In this document: positions 43,209-57,758 of the stretch, piece after piece
Layout of the letters: the number at the start of each line of letters is the position of its first letter
Numbering within the stretch: position 1 is the first letter of the stretch
Origin: Eledone cirrhosa
Lineage: Eukaryota
Assembly: GCA_964016885.1 (NCBI GenBank)
Contig: OZ024747.1
Coordinates: forward strand, 31,496,001-31,560,000
Direction: 5' to 3'
Length of the DNA: 64,000 nucleotides
Translations under genes and position numbers: made by a program
Notes under the pieces: generated by a model
Databases searched by the model: none
The model's input: the letters and a program-made list of their open reading frames with translations, nothing else
What the model was told of the DNA's origin: nothing

Positions 43209-43624
43209 CGATGAAAATTTTGGTAAAACTTATGTGCATTTTTCTTCTAACTTCAATTTTGTATCTAATTCCGTGTAGTTAACTATTTGTCTAGTCAATT
43301 TCTACAGGCTAGAAGAAATAATTAGGTAAGTGTCATATGGTTGTACATCGCGGAAAATAATCTGTATCATTTGTCTATTATTTCTTCATAAGTACATTTT
43401 AAACTTATAGCCTCGTTTAAATGATTTTTAAGTGATTAATTTATACTAATTGGGAGAGGAAATACTGTATATATTTTATCTAATGATTCTTTGGACTAAC
43501 ATTTTTATGAATTGCTCTGATTAATAATTATTTAATTAATTCTTCATTGAGCCACACCGTGAATGGTTGCCAAACGCATATATGTATCTGTGGCCTTGTC
43601 TAATTTATATATATACACACTTTG

Positions 43625-43889
<265 letters not shown>

Positions 43890-43895
43890 CCTTTG

Positions 43896-44660
43896 TATAT
43901 ACGCAGACTGGAGAGGAACGAAGCTTGCATGCTCCACTGGATGTGTAATAGAGTAATATACGTGAACGGCAAAGCATAATCGAACTAAGGGAAAAATTAG
44001 AAATAAGAGGGATCAGATGTTATTTACTCGAGAGAAGCCTACGTTGGTATGGTCACGTGATGCACATGAAAGACGACAGCTGTATAAAAATGTGCATGAA
44101 AGACAACAGCTGTATAAAAATAGATGGTAGCCACGGAGTAGGCAGACCCAGAAAAACCTGGGATGACTTGATAAATTCCGACCTCACACACTTACACCTC
44201 TCCAAGACAATGTCACTGGACCGAGATCTTTGGCGCTACACAGTAATACAGAAGACCCGCCTTACCTAAGTACAAAGTGAAACCTTCTACAGTCAGTAGG
44301 CACCTCTAACAAAATACACCCCCGTCCCACTACCCCCACCCCATCCACACCACCCCCTTCAATGTAAAGTTATGTTGGTACCACAACATCCAGTCCGAAA
44401 CAAATGAGGTCGTGTAGGTGTCACGACAAAAAAAACACACAATCCACGCTGTAATGTGGCCGTGTAGGTAACAGTAAAAACCTCCCAGTCCACACTGTAA
44501 ACGTGGTTGGTGTTAGGAAGGGCATCCAGCCATAGAAAACCAGCCAGACAGTCCTATGCGGGCAAGACAACCACTCTTGCCTCAAGTGGGAAAACTCCTG
44601 TCCAAACCCATGCAAGCGTGGAAGATAGACATTAAACGATGATGATGATGATGATGATGA
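43896..44660 (+). mobile_element. 5'-truncated RTE LINE copy (same subfamily as 8892-9806)
   Basis: Near-identical 3' ORF and UTR; (GAT)n tail. Confidence 0.9.
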
Positions 44661-44847
44661 TATATATATATACAAAGGGTGTATATATATATATAAGGGT
44701 GTATATATATATATCTATATATATATATATATATACATAGCCAGGTGGTGCTATTAAGTTAGACATGGCATGGGCCAATACTGGCCGAAACCTATCAAAG
44801 TTATCAAAGTTATATAAACATATATATATACATATATATATACAGAC

Positions 44848-44954
<107 letters not shown>

Positions 44955-46076
44955 GGGCGGTGGATTGGCAGTATCGGTAGAGGATCAGACAAAATACTTT
45001 GCAGCATTGAGTTATGGCCCGTTCAAATTATGGGGTCAATAAAATAAAGTACCTGTAATGCACTGGGCTAATTGCTGGCCTTGTGCCCAAAGTAGAAACA
45101 ATTATATATATATATATATAACTCTGGATATATGTGCCATCAGTTAAGAGGATGTAGAATCTGTTGAGTAGATCCTTTAGCAGCACAATACATCAGTATG
45201 CTATTTTCATTATTCTATACACAGCCTCAATTGTAAACAATGTCTTTTCCAGATGCTTTTCTTCATTTTTTATCTTTTATCTCTTTATTCTTTGTTTGTT
45301 TGGCAGAATTTTTCTTAATTTTTGTTTACTTATTTTAATGAGTTTATTATGTGCGTGTGTGCCTGCGGTTGCTCAAATGTCTGTGTATCTGTTTGTTTAA
45401 TTATATGTGTATGTGTGTCTTTGTTTGTTTAATTATACTTGTGAGCACAAGAGTGTACAATTATGTATGTGGTTATATTGAACAGAAAACGGTATTTTCC
45501 CATTCACAAATATAACCACATACACTTGGAATTGTTGCTGTTGTTACTGTTATTGCTGTTGTTTAGGCCTAGCTCGGCTCTGATGAAACACCTACCACTA
45601 ATGCCATTTCTGGTGTGACCTTTCAGTATTTCTCCTAGACACAGTATATGCCATTTCAGTTTAACCATCATGTTCTATTTCAAAAGGACAGGATACGATT
45701 CAAAGGTGAAGGCTGCTATTTCTAGTGGGATGAAGAGCTATGCAAAGGTTCTTTTATGTTTAGTCTCAAGTCAGACCTAACTAAGCCTGTCATAACCTAA
45801 ACCCTACATTAACATGGAAAATTGTCTTAAAATATTTGTGATGTAAAAAAATGGTAAAGACACCCTTTGGTTATGAATGACCATGGGATTTGTACCGAGT
45901 AACTTCCTCTACAAGGCACAAGTCTGGGTACTGTTGTTTCTGGAATACCAGTAATCATCCATACATACCAGTCTCCTATCTCCTAGCCACCGATGTTGAC
46001 CAAGAGAAAGACAATGGCCGATACAGCTTGGCACCTGTGACTCTGTAACTGCAGCTGAATAAACTAGAGTAATACA

Positions 46077-46415
46077 GTGTTTATGTTGGTGTTTGTATGT
46101 GTTAATGTTGGTGTTTGTACGTGTTTATGTTGGTGTTTGTATGTGTTTATGTTGGTGTTTGTATGTGTTTATGTTGGTGTTTGTATGTGTTTATGTTGGT
46201 GTTTGTATGTGTTCATGTTGCTGTTGTACGTGTTGATGTTGGTGTTTGTATGTGTTGATGTTGCTGTTTGTACGTGTTGATGTTGCTGTTTGTATGTGTT
46301 CATGTTGCTGTTTGTATGTGTTGATGTTGCTGTTTGTATGTGTTTATGTTGGTGTTTGTATGTGTTTATATTGGTGTTTGTATGTGTTTATGTTGGTGTT
46401 TGTCTGTGTTTATGT
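46077..46415. repeat. 22 bp minisatellite (GTGTTTATGTTGGTGTTTGTAT)n, about 15 copies
   Basis: Direct reading of tandem units. Confidence 0.9.
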
Positions 46416-46977
46416 CCCATAACTTAGCAGTTCAACAAAAAAGAGATTAAGAAAATAAGTAACAGGCTTAAAAATAGTAAGTACAGGGATCATTATGATC
46501 AACTAAATCAGTTAAGGCAGTGAGTGCTCCAGCATGATCACCATCTAATGACTGAAATCAGTAAACAAAAAATCAGAAAGGAGTAAAAGAATTACTCTTC
46601 ACCCCCTGCCACTTATTTCAAATTAATAAGCCTGAGTGTATACTCCCTCTACTATATCGTAGTGTTTTTACCACATCATTAATGTTACATCATTATCTCC
46701 CTGCTCTTATTAAATTTTGCTAATCTATCTCTGCTGAAATTCATTCTATTTATAGTGTTAACATTCCTGCATTAATTAATTTTCTTTAGACATTAAAAAA
46801 CATTATACATGATAAAAAAAGAGCATGACAAGAAATTCCATATGTTATAAAATAAACAGAATGGGTTGGAGTCTCAATATGTAAACTAAACGACTAATTC
46901 TAGTTTTTAAAAAAATCAATGGAGACAACCTAGAAAAATTACCCCCGCCCCACACACACATTCCAATCCACTACCGT

Positions 46978-47058
46978 TTATTCCACACCCAGCTGCTTAT
47001 TCCACACATACCTGCTTATTCCACACCCAGCTGCTTATTCCCTCAAGCTTATTCCACC
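46978..47058. repeat. 19 bp tandem repeat TTATTCCACACCCAGCTGC
   Basis: Three full and two partial units. Confidence 0.8.
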
Positions 47059-48170
47059 ACTCCTATTATTTGGGACTGGAGAGTATACTCATACTAATAT
47101 ATTGTAGTGTTTTTACCTCAGACATCATTAATGTTACATCATTGTATGAACATCCACAATTTTGTCATCAGTTTGATTCAATTCGTCATAAATTACCACC
47201 TCTCAACATTTTTACCAAGATTTCTTTTTGTTCTTGAAATTGAAATTAAAATGAATTAGAATTTTTACTATTCGCTTTAATCCTTGCAGTTTTTATTAAA
47301 ACCTTATTATTAGAAATCTCTCATCAGCTAAAATGTCTTCAATCATTTCATTTTTATTAAAAACTACAAAGAGATAACTTTTTTGAACATGAAAATCATT
47401 TGAATTACACATTCCATTTTTATGACAATCTCCAGAAAGAAATTAAAAAAATGTCTTTGATCATAGATCATAGCCATCAAAATCTTTTGAACCTCTTTGT
47501 ATCTTTTAAGGGTTTTACAGGTGTTCAGTGACCACTTAATGTTGTCTTCGAAGGTTAATTAGTACTTTGTTAAACTATGTTATGGATTAGATATTAAACG
47601 TGTTAAAAATCTAAGATATTAGGAATATAAATACTACTACATTCTCATACATGTAGCATAGTGTCTCCAAACTATATGCCATGAAAGTAAAATTTAGGCT
47701 TCTGTCATACGTGTAGAATAGTTTTCCAAAATTATGAGTCATGATAGTAAAATCTGGGCTTCTGTGAGACTGCATTATTCACTGTATCCTGGACCTCATA
47801 GTTGCCTCATAAGAGTTACTCCGGGAAAGTTCCTCTCCAACAACATCCTGGGCAAGGATTTCATGCAAGCATGGAAAATAGAAGCAAAATAGTGATCTTG
47901 ATGATGATGCCTGTGTCTCCCACTCTTCTGATATAATTCCTTTCACATCTAGGAAACATAAAAGTTGGCACAGCAACAGCGTGGTAGTTATTTTATTAAG
48001 GCAACGTTGACTTTAGAAAAACTTAGTCTCAAGACATATAACGGGCCATAAGTAAACCCTGCCTATATTTTGTCTGACACTTTATACATTCTTCCAATTC
48101 ATCACCTGTTACCCCCCCCCACCATATATATATATATATATGTATATGTATGTATGTGTATGTATGTGTA

Positions 48171-48250
<80 letters not shown>

Positions 48251-48285
48251 TATATACATATATATATATACATATATATATATAC

Positions 48286-48340
<55 letters not shown>

Positions 48341-48532
48341 TAAACGGAATAGAAAATGCTGACAAATTGTTCACAGTTGAAAAATGGTTTAATTAGGAAT
48401 AAAAGAGTATTAGTGATTGTATGGGTTAGTATTCAGTTGTGGTTTTAAGTTTTTAAGTTTTTACCGGTTGCGCATTTCTAAATGCTTTTCAAAAATAATT
48501 TTGAGATAGAGTGTCCGTGCTGTTTGCTCTGA

Positions 48533-48610
<78 letters not shown>

Positions 48611-49276
48611 CATATATATACATATATATATGGTGGGAGGGGGGAGGTAACAGGTAATGAATTTCTCTATGGAAACAAACTCCCTTGTTAAAATACTACC
48701 TTTCATTCTATTTCCTTTATATATATATGTGTGTGTGCATGTAAAAATACTTGTAATTATATATGTGAAACTTAATAAATACAGTACAGATTGTGTGAAA
48801 TGGCATTTTTAAAAATAGAAAGTATCTCATTTTAAAATTGCTAGGAAGGTATTGATTAATATAAGATTCATCAGATTTTGTTTTATTTATTTTATTTATT
48901 ATACTTTTCCTTACATCTGAATTTCCTTACATTCTATTTGCCGAAGTAGCTGTCTGGTTCTTGTGCCAAATCTCTCGACTGATAAAGTCTCTCCATTGTT
49001 CCACAATGCACATAATTTCTCAAATCAATGGCTTAATATGATTATTGTTGTAAATAACTTAATACAGAGGAGAAGCTCAGAATGGTGTTATTCAAATAAG
49101 ACGTCACATATTGGCAGCAAGCAAGCTTTACTTCTATTATTTCTTGCTCTCTCTCTCACCCCCCCTCTCTCTCTCACTCCATCTCTCTCTCTCTCTCTCT
49201 AGTATTCCCCCTCTTCTACCCTTTTCACTTTCTCTACTACTCTTTCTTCTCTACTTCTCCTTCTCCCTCTACTCCT

Positions 49277-49364
<88 letters not shown>

Positions 49365-51928
49365 TCATCCCTATCCCTCGCCCCCTTCCACTTATTTTCT
49401 TTCTCTGTGGAAACAAACTCCCTTGTTAAAATACTACCTTTCATTCTATTTCCTTTATTGATTAATATTTTCTGGTCAGACAGAACCTGACTTTCCAATC
49501 TGAAGTACGACTCCATGGTAATATACTTATAAGGCTATAAGTATTTATTTGCAACATTCTATGTTCAATTTCCTCAAGCATTCACAAAAGGTCATGAGGT
49601 CAACATTTAGTGCAATCACAACATAGAAGGGAGTATGGATAGGCCACAAACTATTGCATTTCTGTGGCGCCACTGGACACTTTTATCTTTATGAAGAACC
49701 ATAGGCAAATCACCCTGGTCTGTCCCATCCTGCTAAAAGCTATACCAATGGGAAAGCACTTCAAACTAAACTACTAAATATACATCACTTTGCACTAATT
49801 AAAACTAATTGGTTTTAACTATTTTCAGCAAGACTAATTAAAATTTAGGTTGGACATAGCTAAACACCTATGCCAGGATAAAACAAATCATTCACTTTTA
49901 CTGAATATCATATATCTGTTCCATTGATTTTGAAAGCTGCTAACTACATTTAGTAATATAATTATTCCTTACCTCATAATTACTTTTAATTAGTTTTTGA
50001 TGCCACCCTTGCTTTAAATAGTTAAGTTGAACATTAACTTAACTATTATTTTCATTGTTTTTTTCAGAAACTCTTGCATATGTTCGACATAAGTTTGCTT
50101 ATGTAAATTGTATTGTAGTATTCTATTACTGTATTTGTAATACTAATAGTAATACAAACTAAATTTGTTAACCACAATTGTCCTCACCCTTCAGTTGGCA
50201 CCCCAGTGATATAAACGTATTAGTTTAGGGAAGAATTTGTATGTGTTTTGGAAAAAGTACATCCAATAGGCTGGCAAATACAGTAAATATATCTAGATAG
50301 CTTTTTAACATCTTAAATCTTAATCCTGTCATGTGTGTGGTCCCCAACAGTGGGTGTTTACATGAAAGTTACTGCAAAACGATATTTATCTATTAAGTCT
50401 GAAAAAGTGACATAATTATTGTACAAACTTTGTGTGATAAACAACATGGCAATGCCTTCTCATGTAACTCAGGCATGTGATGTAAAATGATTGCTGATCT
50501 AAGCAGAAAGTAGTACAAATAACAGTACTGAACAGAAATACTGGGTTAGTGGGATATAGTGCAACATTACTGGGCTGGTAAGGAATAGTGAAACATTGTT
50601 GGTAGGTACATGGCCTAATGGTTTCAATGCTTGACATAGGATTGTAATGTCATTGGTTTGATTTCTGGACATGTTGCTGTATTGTGTTCTTGAGCAAAGC
50701 ACTTTATATCACATTGAGATGAGTAACAGCAGTAGCTGGGGAGATAAAACTGTGATAGACCAGCATCTTGTTCAAGGAGAGTCTTCGACTCTCAGTCACT
50801 TAACACCAAGGAAACCAGGGGTAAGCACATACATTACATATGTTAACACTAACATAACAATCTTTATTATGACTGGATAAAAAGAAATTGGGGGAAATAT
50901 TTAGAATCTAACAACTCTTGTGTTGGTTGTGTTAGCAAATAATGGTTTCTGAATTAGCCACAAAGCCAACAATTTTGGGGGAGAGAAAAGTCAGTTAAAT
51001 TGATTAATAACAGTGCATTACTGGTACTTTATTTTATCGACTCCGTAAGGATGAACAGCTAAGCTAACCTCAGCAGAATTTGAATTCAGAACATAAAGGT
51101 ACATAATTCTATGTCACAAAACATAAAAACATATTGTCTGATGCTCTACCCATACAGCCAATCCACCACCCCTGTGTTGGCAATGAATAAATACAAAAAG
51201 TTTAATTCGAATAAATTATTTTGACACGAAAAAGAATATTTGCTAAAGATAAAGGCATATTTCTGAAATGATAGAATTCATTATCATAAAATAATTTATT
51301 CCAGTTTGTGGCCTTATATTTCAGAGTTAAATTATTGGATTCAGGTTGAGACACTAGCTAAAGGGAAAATAAAAATTACATTTTAATTACTGCAACTCTT
51401 GAATGTTAAATTAGAAGAAGCAGTGAACTTGTGTCAGAATGGGTAGTAAGAAAGACAAAAAAATAAAAAAAATATCTAAAAGTTAAAACCTGAAATATAA
51501 AAACAAAAAAGTAACCCATTTGATACCAACCCAGCCATAACCGGCTCTGATTCCGCCCCCACCCACATTTTTTTAATTTTCCAATTTAAATTAACATCTT
51601 ACAACATAATTTTATATAAGAAATTTGCATTAAGTTACTATCTTAGCAAAGAAATAATTTATAATTTAGTAAATACCTCAAAATTCTTCATTAACTGATT
51701 GAAATAGTTCAAATAATTATTTCTACTTTTGGCACAAGGCCAGTGCATTACTGGTACTTTATTTCATTGACCCCATAAGGATGAAAGGCAAAGTTTAAGC
51801 TCAGCGGGATTTGAACTCAGATCATAAAGGGAGGAAACTCTATGCTTCAAAGCATGGTGTCCGACCCTCTACCGATACTGCCAGAATGCCAGAGACAGAA
51901 AAATGGTAACAACCTTGATGCATTTTAA

Positions 51929-51972
51929 CCCTTTCATGACCATATTTCATTAGAAATATGCTCATGAAAGGG
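51929..51972. mobile_element. 44 bp piggyBac-like hairpin with TTAA TSD
   Basis: TTAA-CCCTTTCATGACCATATTTC(ATTA)GAAATATGCTCATGAAAGGG-TTAA. Confidence 0.65.
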
Positions 51973-52225
51973 TTAAAATAAATCAAATTTACATTATTTG
52001 TTGGCTTAGAAACCTAAACAATAAGTAAAGCAATATAAAGAAACTTTTAGAGAATTATTTTATATGGACCATTTATTGTAGTTTATTGACTGTTCCTTGT
52101 ATAAAATTGTTACCACTTTTCTGTCTCTGGTATTATTTGAACTATTAACCTTTGACTTAGACTTATTAGTGTAACACTTTAATGATCCAGACACCACTCA
52201 CAAGTATTTGGAGAAAACAATTGTA

Positions 52226-52345
<120 letters not shown>

Positions 52346-52714
52346 GTGTGTCTGTGTGTATATATATATATATATATATATGTGTATATATAAAACAAAC
52401 TCAATAATAATAATAATAAATTTGCATCTGTTATATGTCTCGGAATTCATTCCTTATTTGGCTTTCACCTGTTTCAGTATTGATTGTAATAATGCAATTG
52501 TTGGAACACTGAAAGAACTATATGGCAAGAATGCCAAGTTTTGTTAGAATTTTTTCATTCTATATATTTTTTCCCGATGATCTCTAATTTAAAAAAATAT
52601 TTGTTGTTTTTATTGTATTTGTTTTATCTGTACTATCAAAAAAAAAAAAAAGAAAATTTAAACTGAAATTTTGCTTCGTAGGGGAGTCCTATATGTATTT
52701 AATTATAACTAATA

Positions 52715-53008
52715 TCCTGTTGGTGCCACACCATCCAGGCCGAAACAAATGAGATCGTGTAGGTGTCACGACAAAAAAACACACAGTCCACGCTGTAATG
52801 TGGCCGTGTAGGCAACACGGTAAAAACCTCCCAGACCCACACTGTAAATGTGGTTGGTGTTAGGAAGGGCATCCAACTGTAGAAAACCTGCCAGACAGTC
52901 CTATGCGAGCAAGACAATCACTCTTGCCTCAAGAGGGAAAACCCCCGTCCAAACCCATGCAAGCGTGGAACACGGACGTTAAACGTTGATGATGATGATG
53001 ATGATGAT
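52715..53008 (+). mobile_element. RTE 3' UTR fragment with (GAT)n tail
   Basis: Matches 9515-9806. Confidence 0.85.
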
Positions 53009-53333
53009 CCTTAAACATATCACCTCATACTACAGTCCCTTCACTTCAAGAAGAAGAAAAAGAAAAGAAAAAAAGATAGAACACCCCACTCTCACTTTTT
53101 AATGAAAACGTATAGTTCAATGTCAGATCACCTATTGATAATCTATTATATCTAAATAATCCAATCCAAAGTATATATTTTGAATACTTAGCAAATATTC
53201 ACTTGGTCTATCATTTCAAACTTTCTACATTATTATGATAAACCTATCATCATCATCATCCTTATCATCAGTGTTTTTCCATCCATTTGTCCATGTTTGC
53301 ATGGACAGGTCGGACAGGTCCTTCTTGGTTTAT

Positions 53334-53379
<46 letters not shown>

Positions 53380-54704
53380 CATCATCATCATCATCATCAT
53401 CATCGTTTTTACACCAGTTTTTCCCTGCTTGCATGTGTTGGGTTGGTCCTTCTCAGCACAGCATCTCTCTACTCACTGCTTTTCCTCATCATCTCCTCTC
53501 TGAGTCTCAGTGATTTGAGGTCAGCTCTCACCACCTCATCTCAGGTAGTATATCATTTTAAATAAATACACTCATAAAAAATACTATGTTTTATTATATA
53601 ACACCGCGAAAGATTAAGGACACTTCAATTATGTGAAGCCTTCAATCATGTCAAGGCATGACCGTTTCCCTAGTATTTGGTAATGTACAAGATAAATGCA
53701 CTCGGTACTTGCTTTAAGGAAGGGCATCCAGCTGTAGGATGCTTGCCAACCAAAGGGGTGGGAGGACCCTCAGTTGTGTCAAAGACATGACAACCTCCTC
53801 TGTGCGCTTGGTAGAACATGAGATCATACATAAGTGAGACAACAGATCACTGGCTTGTCTGAGAGATCAGTAGCCACTGCTTCAGTAGTCCCATCCAACT
53901 CTTGCAGGGAGAGCGGATGTGAAATGATGATGAGGATGAAGTGAACCAAGAGAAAACACAATATAATGATCTAAGAACTATAACAGAATTTGAGACCACC
54001 ACAACCCCTAACATCACCACCCCCACCACAACCACCACCATCACCACCAATATCCCCACTGCCACAACCAGACAGCCATGCTTTACTTGTGTCACTTACA
54101 TCAATGTTCACTTTGTATTTTGTATCTCTTTGAAAATCCTGGAACAAATTCCTGGGGTTGATATAATTGATTAAAAACCCTAATGGTTGTGCTCCAATAT
54201 GGCCACAGCTTAATGACTGACTCCAATAGAACTATAGCCAAGTATGATGAAAAATATCAATCTGGGCCTTTGAGATGGAGATATACCTCTGTTTTCATAA
54301 GATTCTACTAAATGAGAGATAAATCTTCACCTAGTCAGAAAACTAGTCTATAGCAAATAAAATTTTAATATGATCTAGTACCAATATTTCCCATGCAAAC
54401 TGAATTTAAAGGGAACTAGTTATTTCAAGGTTCCACAAATAAATTCTGGGTTCTAGAAGATAAGGTATATTTCACTAAAATTTAATAAATATGTATTATG
54501 TTTTTCTCTTTGGGGGGTTGGGGTTGTTTAAAGAAATTCTCTCTCTAAAAAAATGTTTGATTCATTTAATTTCTTACCAGGCGAGGAAATTATTGAAAAA
54601 TAAAAGTTTTGCAATTTTGGGAAAATAGTAATCTTCGGTATTGACCAAAAGAATATGATTGTGAATGCAAGCACCAAAATTGGGTTCCTCTGAAGGCTTT
54701 TTTG

Positions 54705-55025
54705 ACTAATATTACTCGATAGAGTGCATAGCTCAGAGATCAGAGAGTTACTCCAGGTAGAGCTGCTACTTCTCTGAATTGAGAGATCACGACTCTAATA
54801 CTATGGGCATGTAGTTAGAATGTTTCAGGAAAGAATTGATGGACAGATTTTATGGGCAAAACCAACTGGCAGGAGACCCAGGGGTAGATCCCAAGCAAGA
54901 TAGTTGGATAACACCCATGCGCTTAGCTGGTCATGCTTTGGGATCCAACTGGATCAGCTGGAAACAGTTGCTTCTGACAGGACCCATTGGAAGAATCCCT
55001 CAGGAATAAGTTGGTGAAGAGGAAG
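54705..55025 (+). mobile_element. Expander-like RTE 3' fragment
   Basis: VELLLL.IERSRL.YYGHVVRMFQERI..PTGRRPRGRSQAR remnant. Confidence 0.7.
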
Positions 55026-56115
55026 TATAAAGGTTCCACATCAAAATAATTTTCAGAATTAGTGATATAGGAGAAGTGGTTTTTTTTTTTTTTTTTACTA
55101 GAATTCTATCCTACTGTGTACAATCAAATTGAACACACAAACTAAAAATTGGTAAGGCGATACTTAACAGACATACATAAATGCACTCAAATACTTCCCC
55201 TCTATCGTGCATTGTGTTTCCAACATCTGATATTCCTTATATAAAGAAATATTCCAGTTCACCTAATTAATATGGGCAGAACCATTCCCAACTTCAATAC
55301 ACTCAGCATGTCATTACTAATATGCAGAACCTTAGAAAAAACAAATCACATCCGGTGAAAGTTAATGTTGTGACTTAATTTATTTTCTTCATTAAGTTCG
55401 TCTCTTCTTAAACACTCTCCTTTTCTCTCTACTCCTCTCATTCTCTCTGCATCTCTCTCTCTTTCTCTCTCTTATTTCATCTCTTTCTCTTCCTCACCCT
55501 CTCCTCACACCTTTTCTTACTTTCTCATTATCCATCCTCACACTTTATCTTTCTTTCCCTCTTTCTCTCATTCCTCTCTCTTCAAAAAGCTCCACCAAAT
55601 AATTAATATAAGAAGCAGGAATATTGTGCTATGGCATACTAGAGGCTGTGTGAATTCTGTGCTAAACATTATAGAACATTCCATAGCAACATGCTGGACT
55701 GGATATACATTCATTGCCTTGTCACTCATTAAAGTATGAATCTTGGCTTCCTTGTAAAGGTTTGTATTTATTGAGTTAAAAGTCATTGTTTGTATATTTT
55801 TAAGGTGGTTCTGGTTTAAATTTCTGTAATTTTTCCATGTCTGTTTTACACAACTGAAGGTCATAATCCCCTGATCATCAAAATCTTCCAAATATCATCC
55901 AGCCATAGAAAGGTTGGCAAACAACGGGTTGTGTGGACTTTCAGTTATTTCAAAACATGACAACCTCTCTTGTGCTGGTACCCCAATAAAATGCATTTGG
56001 TAGAATGTGGGACCATATGTAAGTAAGATGCAGACCACCTGCTTTCTAGGAGGTGAGTAACCCTGCTTCTATGATGATGTTGATATATATAGATATGTAT
56101 TTATGTGTATATATA

Positions 56116-57422
56116 CAGAATGTGGACGATATTTGTTCGCAATTTTCAACTGCTAATTTTATGCAATTTTTTTTTACTTCCATTGTCACTCTTGTCTTCA
56201 TAAAAACAGTGACTATATTTCCATTATTTATTTTCAGAATAATTGATTATGAATAATTTTGAACCTCCAAATTTGTGGAAGAGACACAGAGTTCTTCTTG
56301 GAATCTGCGCCGGGAGGACAAATAAGGAAATTTCAGACTTTATCAGCGTCAGCAGGAGAATGGTGGAAAAGGTCAGAAAGGAATTGGAAGATTCAGGATT
56401 CGACTATGAAGCAACATCAGAGAGGAAAATACATGATCGACGATCTGACGCCTTCAGAACGCCCGAGTTCATCACTGAAGTTCAGGATATCATCAACAAT
56501 GAACCTAGCAAGTCGATGCGTGCCATTGCAAGGGAGAAAGGCGTGGATGAAAAGATCATTAGGCTGGTGGTACATGAAGACATTCGCTACGTTTCATACA
56601 AGATGAGGAAAGGACAATTTCTGTCAAAGGTGATGCAAGAAAAGCGACTGAAGCACGCAAAGAAGCTGATCAACAAGTTGAAACACCCACTGGAGCCAGA
56701 CATGCTGTGGTTTTCTCCGATGAGAAAAACTTCTGCCAAGACCAGAAGATCAACTCCCGGAACAACAGGAAGCTCACTGTCTCATCCAAAGACGCGCCCA
56801 GAGTCATGCAGACAAAGTTTCCAGCGACAACATTGGTCTTAGGTGTCATCAGCAGTCAAGATGACGTCATGCCACCTCACTTCTTCCCTGAGGGTCTCAA
56901 GCTTAACACCGATGGCTACATCCACGTTCTGAGCAAGGTAGTAAAGCCCTGGATCAACCAGGTAGCTGCAGGTAGGCCGTACATGTGGCAGCAAAACTCA
57001 GCACCCTGCCATACCAGCCGAAAGACCCGAGCCTGGCTGTCAAAGAACTTCGTCGACCACACTTCACCTGACATCTGGCCTCCCAGCTCGCCTGACTGCA
57101 ACTCCCTCGACTTCTTTGTGTGGAGCGCAGTGGAACGATACACCAACAGATCTAGCTGCAATACGAAAGACAATCTGAAGGCCAGGATCACAAGTGCCTT
57201 TAGGGGCCTAAGTCGGGGGACAGTGACGAAGGCCTGTAGACGGTTCCGAGGCTGCCTTGAGGCCGTCATCAAAGCCAATGGCGGGTTTATCAAGTGAGAT
57301 CAAAAGAACAAGTCATGAAGACAAACTGACACAAGTTTTGATAAATATATCTTAAAAAATAAAACTACTATGTTAAGTTTTCCTAGACAGTAACCTTGCG
57401 AACAAATATTGTCTGCACCCTG
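56116..57422 (+). mobile_element. Tc1/mariner DD37D (maT) DNA transposon, full length, inactivated
   Basis: 27 bp TIRs CAGAATGTGGACGATATTTGTTCGCAA and reverse complement CAGGGTGCAGACAATATTTGTTCGCAA; TA TSD; transposase split by a frameshift. Confidence 0.92.
56249..57297 (+). pseudogene. DD37D transposase, frameshift near 56710, second catalytic Asp mutated to Asn
   Basis: N-terminal HTH ORF 56243-56842 plus ORF 56707-57297 FSDEKNF..QQNSAPCH..WPPSSPDCNSLDF; 37 residues between the D2 position and D3. Confidence 0.9.
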
Positions 57423-57488
57423 TATATATCTATATATATATATATATATAGTGACGAAACATAAGTCAATTGCATGAATCCTTTATTT

Positions 57489-57544
57489 ACTGCTATATAT
57501 ATTTCAATGATAGCCATTGAATGGCTATGACCTCATCAGGCAGT
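57489..57544 (-). ncRNA. Type I hammerhead ribozyme
   Basis: Minus strand ACTGC-CTGATGA-GGTC-ATAGCCAT(TCA)ATGGCTAT-CATT-GAAA-TATATA-TA-GCAGT, then AATAAA. Confidence 0.8.
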
Positions 57545-57713
57545 TAGTCAGTTCTTAGATATGCCAGCTCTGTGTTTATGATGTTGATGGTATCAGAGCC
57601 TTGGGACATATTATATATATGAAAAGAGTCAGGACCCCAACTGCTGAGCTCCGGCTGTTTCGATAGCTAGATTCAAACTAAGCCAGCAGTATTCTCACCA
57701 CACTTTCTTTGTT

Positions 57714-57758
<45 letters not shown>

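Noticed and set aside
44770-44800. GGCCA(ATAC)TGGCC-GAAAC half-hammerhead
   Set aside because: No CTGANGA and no stem I; cannot be supported
55568-55891. 107 aa ORF as a host gene or transposase piece
   Set aside because: No recognisable motif or reliable splice structure
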